64,000 bases of DNA from an uncultured Acidobacteriota bacterium. Lineage in GTDB: Bacteria > Acidobacteriota > Thermoanaerobaculia > Multivoradales > JAHEKO01. Under the pieces are notes generated by a model, which made no database searches, had not been told where the DNA came from, and worked only from the letters and a program-made list of their open reading frames with translations. The DNA is taken from positions 128,001 through 192,000 of the forward strand of contig CAVQNG010000014.1 in NCBI GenBank assembly GCA_963713825.1. Reading direction: 5' to 3'. This document shows, one piece after another, positions 37,023 through 47,465 of the stretch. Made by a program: the position numbers and the translations under genes. Numbering within the stretch: the stretch's first letter is position 1; each line of letters begins with the position of its first letter.

Positions 37023-38069
37023 TCAGGGGATGAGTATCACCTTGGTGCACCCATCGAGTTTCTCGGCGAATGTCCGGTAGGCTTCGACGCCAGCCTCGAG
37101 TGGCAGTCGGTGGGAGATGACCCTGGCGAGGGGAAAGCGCTCCGATCTGGCCAGGGCCAGGGAGCGCTCCATGTAGTGCCGGGCCGAGCACCTGCCGGTC
37201 TTGAATGTGAGGTTCTTGTCGTAGGCCGCCATGGGCGTAAAGGGAAAATCCGGCTCGGTATGAACCCCCGCTGCCATGATCGTGCCCCCAGGGCGTACGA
37301 GGCTCATGGCCAAATGGCCGGCGGCGGAGTTACCGACCGCCTCGAGCACAGCATCGACCCCTCGTCCGTCCGTTGCCTCATGGACGACTGAGGAGGGTTC
37401 CACATCGTGGAAGTTGACCGGCACCGCTCCGAAGTCGGCCGCCAGGTCGAGTCGCTCGCCAATCCAGTCGATCGCGAAGACCAGGCGGGCGCCGAGCGAG
37501 AGGGCTGCGGCCACGGCCATCAGACCGACAGGTCCACAACCAACGATCCCGACTACACACCCAGGTCCAATGTCAGCGGTCTCGGCGGAGAAGAGGCCTG
37601 TCGAGAGAACGTCCCCTGCCAGGAGAGCCACCTCGGGCGGGAGGTCTTCGGGAGCGAGAACCAGCGTCGAATCGGCCAGGGGTACTCGAACATATTCGGC
37701 CTGAGCACCATGCAGGCCAGAACCGTCCTCTCGCCAACCAAATAGCTGCCCCCTGGCGCATCGCGCCGTGAGACCTCTCTCACAATAGAAACAGGCTCCG
37801 CAGCTGGTCGAGAATGGACTGACGATTCGATCGCCGACTCGGAATCGCTCGACGGCGGTGCCGACTTCGACAATCTCACCGACAAACTCATGGCCCAGAA
37901 CTGTTCCCAAGTCGAGACCGGTCTCCCTGCCGTGGTAGACATGCAGGTCGGATCCGCAAATCGCCGTCATTCCCGTCCGGACGACGACGTCGCCGGATTC
38001 TTCGATGAGCGGATCGGGGAGAGTTCCAAGTCGAACTTCCTCTACGCCTTGAAACGTCAGTGCTCGCAT
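37023..38069 (-). CDS. Zn-dependent alcohol/aldehyde dehydrogenase (MDR)
   Basis: ICGSDLH, GHEFVG, CGACFYC...C and GCGPVG. Confidence 0.93.
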   Translation of the reverse strand: MRALTFQGVEEVRLGTLPDPLIEESGDVVVRTGMTAICGSDLHVYHGRETGLDLGTVLGHEFVGEIVEVGTAVERFRVGDRIVSPFSTSCGACFYCERGLTARCARGQLFGWREDGSGLHGAQAEYVRVPLADSTLVLAPEDLPPEVALLAGDVLSTGLFSAETADIGPGCVVGIVGCGPVGLMAVAAALSLGARLVFAIDWIGERLDLAADFGAVPVNFHDVEPSSVVHEATDGRGVDAVLEAVGNSAAGHLAMSLVRPGGTIMAAGVHTEPDFPFTPMAAYDKNLTFKTGRCSARHYMERSLALARSERFPLARVISHRLPLEAGVEAYRTFAEKLDGCTKVILIP

Positions 38070-38154
38070 AGCGGCTGGAAGCTCCTGGGTGCGGAGGATC
38101 AGATCGTCTTGTCAGTGTTCGCTAGTCGCGGTCGCCACAACTTGGCTGCGTAGG

Positions 38155-40056
38155 TCAGGCCGGGCTTTCGGAGCTGTCTGAGCCGACAGAGCTTTCGTCG
38201 CTGACCGAGCCCTCCGCGGGCTTGCGCTTCCGACCGCCCCGCCTCGAGCGGCCTCTTCCTCCCCGACGCCTTCTTCCCGAACTGGATTTCTCGGCAGTGC
38301 TCTTCTCAGAAGCACCCTGTTCTGCGCCTTCACCCTCGCTTCTCGGCAGCTGTGCGCTACCTTCAGGGGTCGCTGCGGCGGCCTTGGTGTCCTGCGAAGC
38401 GGAGTCCTGACCTGCTGGCGGTTTCTGGGTGCCCTTGGAAGGACGTCGTCGTCGCCTTCGGGAAGTCGTCTTCTTGGCGCCGGAAACGGCGTCAGCAGGG
38501 GTCGCGGCGTCTTGGATGCTCAGCGAAGTCGTCTCGGCTGCGCTCGCTTTGCGAGGCGATGCCGGTCTTCGAGCTTCGACCTGCGGTGACTCGATCCAAT
38601 CGATTTCCTGCTCCGATCGATGCAGTCGATTCGAGGCGATGAACTCGACTCGGCAACCAAACTCGTCTTCGAGGTCGGCGATCTCGCGGCGTCGCTTGTT
38701 CTGGACCGAGTCGGCCAGCTCGGGGTGCAGGGAGATTCTGGCAGTGCCGGTGAAACCGGAGGCGGCCCGCGCCTCGATCTTGCGGAAGAGCTTCAGGCCG
38801 ACCATCTCGGAGCTGGCAATACGGCCGGTTCCCGAACAGGTCGGGCAGGCACGATGCGTGCGCAGATGAAGCGCCTGCTGAATTCTCTGACGATTGACTT
38901 CGAGCAGACCGTTGGGGCTGATTCGGCCCACCGTGAACCGAGCTTTGTCGGTCTTCATGGCGTCGCGCAGGCCCTTTTCGACTGCTTTGCGGTTCTTCCA
39001 GGCCTGCATATCGATGAAGTCGATGATGATGAGGCCGCCGATATCTCGCAGGCGAAGCTGTCTGGCGACTTCTGCTCCGGCCTCGAGATTGGTGTGGAGA
39101 GCCGTCTCTTCCTGGCTCGAGGCTCGCGTCGATCGCCCGGAATTGACGTCGATGGCAACCAGTGCCTCCGTACGGTCGATGACGATCGAGCCCCCGCTGG
39201 GCAATGCGACCTGCCGGTCGTAGATCCTCTCGATCTGGGGCTCGAGCTCGAATCGGGCGAAGAGGGGAGTCCTCTCCGAGTAGCGCACGAGTTTCGTCTT
39301 GGTTCTGGGCATGAAGGCCCGCATGTACTGCAGGGTCTTCTCGTAGGCGGCATCGTCGTCAATGAGGACTTCTTGAATCGAGCTGTCCAGGTAGTCCCTC
39401 AGAGTCCTCAGGATGATGTCCTGATCGCTGTAGAGCAGCTGGATGCCTTTACCCCTCCTGGCTTCACTGCCGACGCTCTTCCAGAGACGCAGAAGCGCGT
39501 TCATGTCGCGATTCAGGGCCATCTTGTTCTGGTCCAGGGCATTGGTCCGAACGATGATTCCCGCCCCGGATGGCTTGTTCAATTTGGCGACCTGATCCTT
39601 GAGGCGCTTGCGGGTTTCGTCGTCCTCGACCTTTCTCGACACTCCCTGGGTATCGTCGAACGGTGTCAGTACGAGATACCGGCCGGCCAGGCTGAGGTTC
39701 GTCGTCAGAGCGGCTCCCTTGTTGCCTTCCGGCTCCCGGGTCACCTGCACGACGATGGGTTTGCCCTTTTCCAGGACTTCATCGATGCGAGCCCGACTCT
39801 TGTTCTTCGGCTCGCGATAGTAGGCTGCCGAGACCACATCCTGGATGGCCAAGAAGCCGTGTCTCTCGGCGCCGTAGTCGATGAAGGCGGCGTTCAGGCT
39901 CGGTTGCACCGAGGCGATGATGCCGCGATAGATGTTGCCGCGGGTGAGGTCTCTGTCCGCGACCTCGACCTGGTAGTTTTCGAGGACGCCGTCGTCCACG
40001 ATGGCGATGCGCAGCTCTTCTGGAGCTCGCGCGTTGATCAACATTTTGCGTGTCAA
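38155..40056 (-). CDS. rne: Ribonuclease E (Rne/Rng family)
   Basis: S1 domain (AAFIDYGAERHGFL), IDVNSGR, LRDIGGLIIIDFIDM, Zn link CPTC, and an Arg-rich disordered tail. Confidence 0.95.
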   Translation of the reverse strand: MTRKMLINARAPEELRIAIVDDGVLENYQVEVADRDLTRGNIYRGIIASVQPSLNAAFIDYGAERHGFLAIQDVVSAAYYREPKNKSRARIDEVLEKGKPIVVQVTREPEGNKGAALTTNLSLAGRYLVLTPFDDTQGVSRKVEDDETRKRLKDQVAKLNKPSGAGIIVRTNALDQNKMALNRDMNALLRLWKSVGSEARRGKGIQLLYSDQDIILRTLRDYLDSSIQEVLIDDDAAYEKTLQYMRAFMPRTKTKLVRYSERTPLFARFELEPQIERIYDRQVALPSGGSIVIDRTEALVAIDVNSGRSTRASSQEETALHTNLEAGAEVARQLRLRDIGGLIIIDFIDMQAWKNRKAVEKGLRDAMKTDKARFTVGRISPNGLLEVNRQRIQQALHLRTHRACPTCSGTGRIASSEMVGLKLFRKIEARAASGFTGTARISLHPELADSVQNKRRREIADLEDEFGCRVEFIASNRLHRSEQEIDWIESPQVEARRPASPRKASAAETTSLSIQDAATPADAVSGAKKTTSRRRRRRPSKGTQKPPAGQDSASQDTKAAAATPEGSAQLPRSEGEGAEQGASEKSTAEKSSSGRRRRGGRGRSRRGGRKRKPAEGSVSDESSVGSDSSESPA

Positions 40057-40333
40057 ACCATCTCCGTTCTTTTGCTTTGAAATTCTGTCAAGTCGCTGAC
40101 TGGCCTACGCCGAGTCCGTGCAAGTTGAATGCGAAGGGGGCAACGAGAGCTGCTCCGGCGGGCGGTGATCACGGTTGTCGAGAGAAGAATGGGTGGGCCC
40201 TTTGCTGCTCCTCACCGCAAGATCGGTGGAAGTGTAGCAGATTCAGTGGATTGGCGATTCGCAGGAGGCAGGAAACGAGGCATTCGAGTGGGCGCGAAGT
40301 CGAGTTTGCTTGGTAACATGAAGCCTCCGTTCT

Positions 40334-41479
40334 GTGATGGAAGAGGACTCCATGGCCACGCTACAACCCTACCAGTGGATTGAGGATGGCAGCGGCCTTC
40401 AGGCACTCGCGGCGGAGGTCCGCTCCTGCGAGTGGGTGGCCCTGGACAGTGAGTCCAATTCTGGATTCGTCTATCAGGAACGGCTTTGTCTGCTGCAGCT
40501 CAATGTTGCCGACCAGTTGTGGGTCGTGGACCTGCTGGCCTTGGCTGGTGGGCGAGAGGCCCTCGACCTCCTGCGCGAACCTCTCGAGAATCCGTCGACC
40601 ACGGTGATTCTGCACGGTGGTGAGTTCGATGTGGGCTGCTTGAAGCGGGACTACGAGATCTCTCTGGGTGGAGTATGGGACACGCAGCAGGCTGCATCCT
40701 TCCTGGGTTGGGAAAAGACCGGGTATGGAGCCGTAGTCGAGGCGGTCTGTGGAGTGAAACTACCGAAGGGCTTCGCCCATTACGACTGGGGGAAGCGGCC
40801 TTTGGACCGCGCTCCCTTGCAGTACGCGATCGATGACGTTCACTATCTACCCCTGGTCTGGCGAGATTTGTTGCGACGGGTGCAAGAAGCCGACCTCATG
40901 GAGGAAGTCGAGATCGCCAACCGGGTCGTCGAGACGGCGACGTGGAATGGCGGCTTTCAGGCTGACGCGGTCTGGACCATCAAAGGTGCCCGTCAACTTG
41001 CACCGGAGAGCCAGGCGGTCCTGTGGTCTCTATACACATGGCGTGACTCGACAGCTCGGAGCTTGAACCTTCCACCGGGCAGAGTCATCAACAACGCGAA
41101 CTTGGTGGCACTGAGTCGCAATCCGCCGGCCACTCTCCAGGGGTTGAAGAGGCTCGGGCTGTCCGGGAGAGTGCGGTCGCGCTTTGCCGGTGAGCTCCTG
41201 CAGAGAATCGCGGAGGCACGGCGGCAACAGCCGCCCGCAATGGAGCCAGTACAGCGACAGAAGCGGGACCCGGCCGTAGAGAAGCGAGGCGACCGGCTGA
41301 AGATCTGGCGGCGGCAGGAGGCAGCCAGACGAGGCGTTCCCTTGCAGGTTGTGCTTCCCGTGGTGGCGATGCGTCATCTGCAGCGGCACGGCTCTCGAGA
41401 CCTGCCCTCGGTACCACAGCTCGGTTCCAAGCGCATCGAGCTTTATGGCCGGAAGCTCGAGGAAGTGTGTCGGCCCTGA
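40334..41479 (+). CDS. rnd: Ribonuclease D (DEDDy exonuclease plus HRDC)
   Basis: ALDSE, LCLLQL, DTQQAA, W.KRPL and YAIDDVHYL; HRDC domains. Start may be 40352. Confidence 0.88.
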   Translation: MMEEDSMATLQPYQWIEDGSGLQALAAEVRSCEWVALDSESNSGFVYQERLCLLQLNVADQLWVVDLLALAGGREALDLLREPLENPSTTVILHGGEFDVGCLKRDYEISLGGVWDTQQAASFLGWEKTGYGAVVEAVCGVKLPKGFAHYDWGKRPLDRAPLQYAIDDVHYLPLVWRDLLRRVQEADLMEEVEIANRVVETATWNGGFQADAVWTIKGARQLAPESQAVLWSLYTWRDSTARSLNLPPGRVINNANLVALSRNPPATLQGLKRLGLSGRVRSRFAGELLQRIAEARRQQPPAMEPVQRQKRDPAVEKRGDRLKIWRRQEAARRGVPLQVVLPVVAMRHLQRHGSRDLPSVPQLGSKRIELYGRKLEEVCRP

Positions 41480-41680
41480 ACCTCTGAGGAGGCTTTTTTC
41501 ACGAGTCTCCAGCTCGACGACGGTGAGGTTTTGGTTCGGTTCCGGAAGCGGCCCCTAGGTAGAGCTCGCTGGTTTGATTCACGATAAGATCCCCGACTCA
41601 TCGACCGACTTCCCCGCACGAAGCCGGTCGGCTTCGGAGAATCCAAGATATCAGCTTCAACTCGAGACAACAGGTGATAG

Positions 41681-44146
41681 ATGAGTAGCGCTGAGACAGC
41701 AGTGGCCCCTTACGATCCAACCGAGGTAGAGCCCAAGTGGCAGCGGCGGTGGGAGGCGGACGGTCTCTACGACTCGAATGTGGATTCCGATCGACCCAAG
41801 CACTACGCCCTGACGATGCTGCCCTATCCCTCAGGGGATTTTCACATCGGTCATTGGTATGCGATGGCGCCGCCGGATGCGAGGGCGAGGTACATGCGCC
41901 AGCAAGGCTTCAATGTGCTCTTCCCGATGGGGTTCGACGCCTTCGGGCTGCCAGCTGAGAACGCCGCGATCCAGCACAGGATCCACCCTCGCCAATGGAC
42001 CTACGCGAACATCGAACGGATGCGTGGCCAGTTCAAGAGCATGGGCACCATGATCGACTGGCGTCGTGAGGCGGTTTCCGCCGATCGCGAGTACTACCGT
42101 TGGACGCAGTGGTTCTTCCTCAAGCTCCTCGAGCATGACCTGGCCTACCGCAAGCGAGCTCGGGTCGACTGGTGTCCGAGCTGCAATACCACTCTCGCTC
42201 GCGAGCAGGTTTGGGGTGACGAGCGTCGTTGTGAGCGCTGCAAGACGCCTGTCGTGCGCAAGGAACTGGAGCAGTGGTTCTTTCGTACGACCCGTTTCGC
42301 TGAACAGCTGCTCGATTTTTCCGCCATCGATTGGCCAGAAAGAGTTCAGGTCCTCGAAAAGAACTGGATCGGTCGCTCCGAGGGTGCCGATGTCGTGTTC
42401 GAGACCGAGAGTGGTGACTCGTTGGAGGTATTCACGACGCGACCCGATACACTCTGGGGAGCCACCTTCATGGTACTGGCACCAGAACATCCTCTGGTAG
42501 GAAAGCTCACCACCGAGGACCAGGAACCGGCCGTCGAAGACTACATCGCTCAGGCCGAGCGCCAGACCGACATCCAACGAGAAGCGGCCGATCGGCCGAA
42601 GACGGGGGTCTTTACTGGGGCCTATGCCATCAATCCGGTTACAGAGGAGCGGATTCCGATCTGGATTGCCGATTACGTCCTGATGACCTACGGAACCGGG
42701 GCGATCATGGCGGTGCCGGCTCACGATCAGCGCGACTTCGAGTTCGCGCGTCAGTTCGACCTCGAAGTGCGGCCGGTGATCCTGGCACCTGGCGAAGCCG
42801 TGCCGAATGGCGACGAGATGGCGGCGGCGACGATCCAGGAAGGCGTCATGGTCAATTCGGGACCTCTGACGGGTACTCCGGCGGACGAGGCGGTGCAGGC
42901 GGCCATCGAGTTCCTCGAGGCAAGGGGCACCGGCACTGGCGCTGTTCGTTATCGCTTGCGAGATTGGTTGATTTCCCGCCAGCGCTATTGGGGGGCACCC
43001 ATCCCTGTGGTCTATTGCGAGAGCTGTGGTGCCGTTCCTGTGCCGGAAGCCGACTTGCCCATTACTCTGCCCGAGGACGTCGAGTGGACACCGACCGGTG
43101 AAAGCCCCCTCAAGCTGCATCCGACTTGGCGGCATACGAGTTGCCCCGAGTGCGGTGCGCCGGCCGAGCGGGAAACCGACACCATGGACACCTTCATGTG
43201 TTCCTCCTGGTACCACCTGCGGTATCTGAGCCCGCACTACGAAGACGGTCCTTTCGATCCCGAGGAGTATGAGTACTGGATGCCCGTGGATAGCTATACG
43301 GGGGGGATCGAGCACGCGACGATGCACCTCATCTACACGCGTTTCTTCCACAAGGCTTGTCACGAGATGGGAATTCTCGAGGGCACCGAGCCCATGCTGC
43401 AGCTCCGCAATCAGGGCATCGTGCTGGGTGAGGACTCGGAGAAGATGTCGAAGAGCCGAGGCAACGTGGTCTCGCCCGACGACCTGGTGCAACGGTACGG
43501 CGCCGATACGGTGCGCAGTTACATGATGTTCTTTGCCCGCTGGGAGCAGGGAGGCCCCTGGAACAGTCGAGGCATCGAAGGGACCTGGCGCTGGCTCAAG
43601 AAGCTCTGGATGCTCCTCCTCGAGGAGGGTGAGGGTGCCACGCCGCAGCCGGGAGTTGAGCGCCGCCTGCGGCGCAAGGTGCATCAGACGCTGCGGCAGG
43701 TTGGTGATGACTTCGAGAGCTACCAGTTCAACACCATCGTGGCAGCTCTCATGGAGTTGGCGAACGAGATGCAAGAGGCGCGCGCCGAAGGTGCCGTTGG
43801 AACGGCCGCCTGGGACGAGGCGTGTGATATCTACCTGCGTATGTTGGCTCCCGTAGCGCCCCATATTGCCGAGGAGCTCTGGGAGCGTTTGGGGAAGGAG
43901 TACTCAGTCCATGCGGGAGCCTGGCCAGAGGTCGATGAGGCCGCTGCCGCCGAGGACGAGGTCACCTTGGTGGTGCAAGTCAACGGCAAGGTAAGAGACC
44001 GTCTGGTAGTGCCGGCCGACATCGACGATGAGGCCGCCCGTGAGATGGCACTCGCCAGCGACGGAGCACGTCGGTTCACGGACGGCAAGACGGTTCGCAA
44101 GGTCATTGTGGTTCCGGGTCGACTGGTCAACATCGTGGCGAATTGA
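41681..44146 (+). CDS. leuS: Leucine--tRNA ligase
   Basis: MLPYPSG..HIGH, FTTRPDT, GTGAIMAVPAHD, KMSKS and VQVNGKVR. Confidence 0.98.
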   Translation: MSSAETAVAPYDPTEVEPKWQRRWEADGLYDSNVDSDRPKHYALTMLPYPSGDFHIGHWYAMAPPDARARYMRQQGFNVLFPMGFDAFGLPAENAAIQHRIHPRQWTYANIERMRGQFKSMGTMIDWRREAVSADREYYRWTQWFFLKLLEHDLAYRKRARVDWCPSCNTTLAREQVWGDERRCERCKTPVVRKELEQWFFRTTRFAEQLLDFSAIDWPERVQVLEKNWIGRSEGADVVFETESGDSLEVFTTRPDTLWGATFMVLAPEHPLVGKLTTEDQEPAVEDYIAQAERQTDIQREAADRPKTGVFTGAYAINPVTEERIPIWIADYVLMTYGTGAIMAVPAHDQRDFEFARQFDLEVRPVILAPGEAVPNGDEMAAATIQEGVMVNSGPLTGTPADEAVQAAIEFLEARGTGTGAVRYRLRDWLISRQRYWGAPIPVVYCESCGAVPVPEADLPITLPEDVEWTPTGESPLKLHPTWRHTSCPECGAPAERETDTMDTFMCSSWYHLRYLSPHYEDGPFDPEEYEYWMPVDSYTGGIEHATMHLIYTRFFHKACHEMGILEGTEPMLQLRNQGIVLGEDSEKMSKSRGNVVSPDDLVQRYGADTVRSYMMFFARWEQGGPWNSRGIEGTWRWLKKLWMLLLEEGEGATPQPGVERRLRRKVHQTLRQVGDDFESYQFNTIVAALMELANEMQEARAEGAVGTAAWDEACDIYLRMLAPVAPHIAEELWERLGKEYSVHAGAWPEVDEAAAAEDEVTLVVQVNGKVRDRLVVPADIDDEAAREMALASDGARRFTDGKTVRKVIVVPGRLVNIVAN

Positions 44147-44161
44147 GGGGGTTTTCTGGGT

Positions 44162-44641
44162 ATGGGAATGGAACTCAGCTTGCAGGAGCGATTCGCTCCG
44201 CGTAACGCCTGCTTCGGATGCGGACCTGCCAATCCCGAGGGCCTTCGTATTCGTAGCTTTCCAACCGGCGGTTCCGTCGACGCTGAAGTGGTAGCGGAAT
44301 GGACACCAAGGCCTTGCCACGAGGCTTTTGACAACGTTCTCAATGGTGGGATCATCGGTACGTTGATGGACTGTCACAGCAACTGGACCGCGATCTGGCA
44401 CCTGATCAACCGGGACGGTCTCGAGGCGGCCCCTCCCATGGTGACCGCCGATTTTCACGTCACGATGAAGAGGCCGACCCCCACCGATGGGCCGGTTCAT
44501 TTGACGGCGCGAGCGGTCTCTTCGGACGGTCCGCGGGTCAGAGTTGAGGCCACTCTCTCCGGCGGTGGGCGAGTCACCGCCACGTGTGTCGGGCACTTCG
44601 TCGCGGTCGAGCCTGGCCACCCTGCGCACTACCGCTGGTAG
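44162..44641 (+). CDS. PaaI family thioesterase
   Basis: CFGCGPANPEGL and LNGGIIGTLMDCH hot-dog fold motifs. Confidence 0.85.
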   Translation: MGMELSLQERFAPRNACFGCGPANPEGLRIRSFPTGGSVDAEVVAEWTPRPCHEAFDNVLNGGIIGTLMDCHSNWTAIWHLINRDGLEAAPPMVTADFHVTMKRPTPTDGPVHLTARAVSSDGPRVRVEATLSGGGRVTATCVGHFVAVEPGHPAHYRW

Positions 44642-44650
44642 AAGAGCCCA

Positions 44651-45289
44651 TCAGTCGCCAGCGTCCTCCAGAAGACGGCCGCCGCGATAGAGAAGCCAAA
44701 GGGCGAGCAACTGAATGACATGGAAAATGTCGTTGTGGTTGAAGTGTTGATGCAGTGCGAATTCGCTTTGCTGGATGAGTGAGGCGACGAAGGAGACGAG
44801 GATGCCACCGACGACCCAGGGAGCGCTGGGCGCGCGTCGCGCCCACCATTGCCAGATCTGCAACAGAAGAACGACAACCATGGTGGAACCGTAGTCGTTG
44901 ATCACGAAGCGGAAGTCGTCGTGAGATGCCATCCACCAGATATAGCCTCCCAGTTTCACGACCGCCAGGAGCAGCAACGGTCGTTTCCATGGCCCGGAGA
45001 CAGAGGCGTAGAGAGCTCCCGCGAGCAGTAGAAAACTGGCTGCGCCGATGGCGTAGACGGTGACCTTCCATAGGATTAACCAACCCTGGTCTCCCAGTTG
45101 CTGAATGAAGCCGTGGGAGGTTCCCCCAGCGAACGCTCCCAAAGCCGTGGCCAGAAACGCCCAACCCCAAAGGGCCTCGGATCGAGTGCTTCTGGCTCGT
45201 CCTTCGATAAGCAGGTGAATTCCGAGAGTGGCGGCCAGGAGGGTCACCAGATAGTCGGTGAACATGGTCATGGGCTCACTGATCGTCAT
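44651..45289 (-). CDS. DUF6962-like membrane protein
   Basis: EPMTMFTDY, GGTSHG and FNHNDIFHVIQ; about 7 TM helices. Confidence 0.7.
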   Translation of the reverse strand: MTISEPMTMFTDYLVTLLAATLGIHLLIEGRARSTRSEALWGWAFLATALGAFAGGTSHGFIQQLGDQGWLILWKVTVYAIGAASFLLLAGALYASVSGPWKRPLLLLAVVKLGGYIWWMASHDDFRFVINDYGSTMVVVLLLQIWQWWARRAPSAPWVVGGILVSFVASLIQQSEFALHQHFNHNDIFHVIQLLALWLLYRGGRLLEDAGD

Positions 45290-45337
45290 GGAGTGCTGCC
45301 CTCCTTGGGGGGGCCGAGCCCGCATTCGTGCGGCATG

Positions 45338-45793
45338 CTATTGCTCGTGGCTCGTGGAGGTCTCGATCCGGTCTGAGAGGGATTCCGGCATCGAGATCGA
45401 TTCCAGTCCCTCGCCGTCATTCATGATGCAGCAGACAGACGACATGCGACCCCGAGCGACGACCCGGCTGTCCGTCGATATCGTCATGGCGTAGGTCAGG
45501 GAGCTCTGGCCCTTTCTCGCGATGCGCAGGTGAATGTCCAGCACATCGCCGTAGTGTGCGGGGCTCAGATATTGGCAGGACACCTCGACTCGCGGCCAGC
45601 CGATGGTTCTGCCGTCCCGCGTGGCGAATGCGTCGGATCCCAGGCTGCGAAGGAACTCGTGCTCGGCGGTCTCCATGAACACCAGATAGCGGGCGAAGTG
45701 GACGATGCCACCCATGTCTGCGTCCGCGAACTCGACTCGCCGGGTGGTGCGGAACTCACTGACGGGCTGCGAGTTTCGATCGCGATTGTCCAT
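45338..45793 (-). CDS. Acyl-CoA thioesterase (YbgC/4HBT family)
   Basis: RRVEFADADMGGIVHFARY. Confidence 0.88.
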   Translation of the reverse strand: MDNRDRNSQPVSEFRTTRRVEFADADMGGIVHFARYLVFMETAEHEFLRSLGSDAFATRDGRTIGWPRVEVSCQYLSPAHYGDVLDIHLRIARKGQSSLTYAMTISTDSRVVARGRMSSVCCIMNDGEGLESISMPESLSDRIETSTSHEQ

Positions 45794-45806
45794 TCGTATG
45801 CGCTCC

Positions 45807-47303
45807 TCAACTCTTGGCCTTCGCTTTGCGGATCTCCTGATCGACGATCAGTGAGTAGGCCAGGTAGTACTTGAAAATATTGCTGACGTACTGCACTGTT
45901 TCGCGCCCGATCTCCCGCGCGGCCACGACCTCGACGTTGCCGAACCAACGATTGGGATCCAGGCCCTTCTGAGCGGCCTTCTGACGGAGCGAAGAGATGC
46001 GACTGGGGCCGGCATTGTAGGCGGCGACAGCGAAGAGCCCCCGATTGAGCGTATCGATGCCTTCTTCGGCGAAGTATCGATCGGAGAGGAACCTTAGGTA
46101 CTTGACCCCGGCGTGAATGTTGTGCTCCAGCACTTCGATCTCTGGGATATTCACGTTCGGGTCGCTGGCGGTGCTCTTGAGCAGTTGCATCACACCGATG
46201 GCGCCAGCCCTGCTCCGCACGCTCTGGTCGATGCGGGACTCCTGATAGGCCTGAGCGGCCACTAGCAGGTAGTCGAACCCATATTCGTCGCCGTATTGCT
46301 GGAACAGGTCTACGGCCTCCTCGAAGCGCTGCATCTCCTCCCGTCCGGCAGGATTCTGGACCCAATCCGTAGTCCCGAAATAGCGATTGATCAGGATGTT
46401 GCCTAGCAAGGTTCCTTTCTTCCGACTTTTCATGAAACGGTTCAGAGTCGCCTCGAGCTGGGGACTGTTCTGGCGAAACGCCCACGCGATCTGACCGCCC
46501 TGTCGAATGGCGAGGTCAGGATGGAGGGTCAGGCCCTCGAAAACCTGGGTCCAGAACTGGGCCAGATAGGAATCGGCGACGGTGATGTCGATCAGGCCCG
46601 CGTTGACCATCTCCAGAATGTCCTCGGTCTCGAGCAACTCGTTGGCCGCCTCGAGGCGAATCTTCTTCAGGCCTTTGGCATCGAGCTCCTGGTTGAGAGC
46701 TTCGAGACTCTGCCAGTAGCTGCTCGATCGTCGGACGTGGATCTTCTTGCCTGCGAGGTCTTCCAATGAAGTCAACTCGGACACCCCGGGGGCGGTGACG
46801 ATGATCTCGTCAACGGCGATGAGGGGTTCTGCGAAATCCACGCTTTCCTGGCGCTCAGGGGTGATGGTGAGGTTGGAGGCAGCGATATCGCCACGACCTT
46901 CCAGCAGATCAGGGAGGAGGCGGTCTCTCGTCGTGGGAACAATCAGGACGTGGACCTGGATAGATTTGTTTCCCAGCTTCTTGTTGATCTCCTCCTCGAG
47001 TTGCTTCAGGAGCTCGAAGGCCGTTCCCTTTTGCTCGGCACCGTCGAGAAAATACTGGGTTCGGTTGGGCGTCACGAGGGCACGCACGTAGCGCCGTTCG
47101 ATCATCCCATCGAGATCGCCCTTCCACGGCTTCAGCGCCGCCTCGAGCACCACTTGGATCTGGGAGTTTTCGGAATCGAAAACTGAGACCGGCCCGTCAC
47201 CAGCAAGGGTTGGGAGCTCTGTGTCAGAGGACCTGGAGCATCCCGTGGTGATGAGCAGTGCTGTGACGACCAGTGCGCTACTGGCAAGAATCGGGGCTCT
47301 CAT
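45807..47303 (-). CDS. MltF-like lytic transglycosylase with an SBP domain (lipoprotein)
   Basis: Lipobox TTGC; SBP_bac_3-like region; AYQES, GVMQL and AAYNAGP SLT motifs. Confidence 0.9.
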   Translation of the reverse strand: MRAPILASSALVVTALLITTGCSRSSDTELPTLAGDGPVSVFDSENSQIQVVLEAALKPWKGDLDGMIERRYVRALVTPNRTQYFLDGAEQKGTAFELLKQLEEEINKKLGNKSIQVHVLIVPTTRDRLLPDLLEGRGDIAASNLTITPERQESVDFAEPLIAVDEIIVTAPGVSELTSLEDLAGKKIHVRRSSSYWQSLEALNQELDAKGLKKIRLEAANELLETEDILEMVNAGLIDITVADSYLAQFWTQVFEGLTLHPDLAIRQGGQIAWAFRQNSPQLEATLNRFMKSRKKGTLLGNILINRYFGTTDWVQNPAGREEMQRFEEAVDLFQQYGDEYGFDYLLVAAQAYQESRIDQSVRSRAGAIGVMQLLKSTASDPNVNIPEIEVLEHNIHAGVKYLRFLSDRYFAEEGIDTLNRGLFAVAAYNAGPSRISSLRQKAAQKGLDPNRWFGNVEVVAAREIGRETVQYVSNIFKYYLAYSLIVDQEIRKAKAKS

Positions 47304-47465
47304 GGCTCCCCCTTCTGAAGAGATTCGATTCGCTGTCGAGAGGAGTATAGTCCCTGTTCCGGTCGACGATCCGGTGGGTCGGGTCGTCGACGTACCTGGA
47401 TGGCTCAGGGAAGCCTGAGGAGAGTGGGGGTTCCCGGACCGCATTCTCCGCGGAGAACGATAGAG

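Noticed and set aside
41831-43864. Long antisense ORFs (also 5399-7006, 13498-14739, 16009-17358, 38620-40080, 50687-52321)
   Set aside because: These are shadow frames of well-supported genes in high-GC DNA and have no recognisable motifs.
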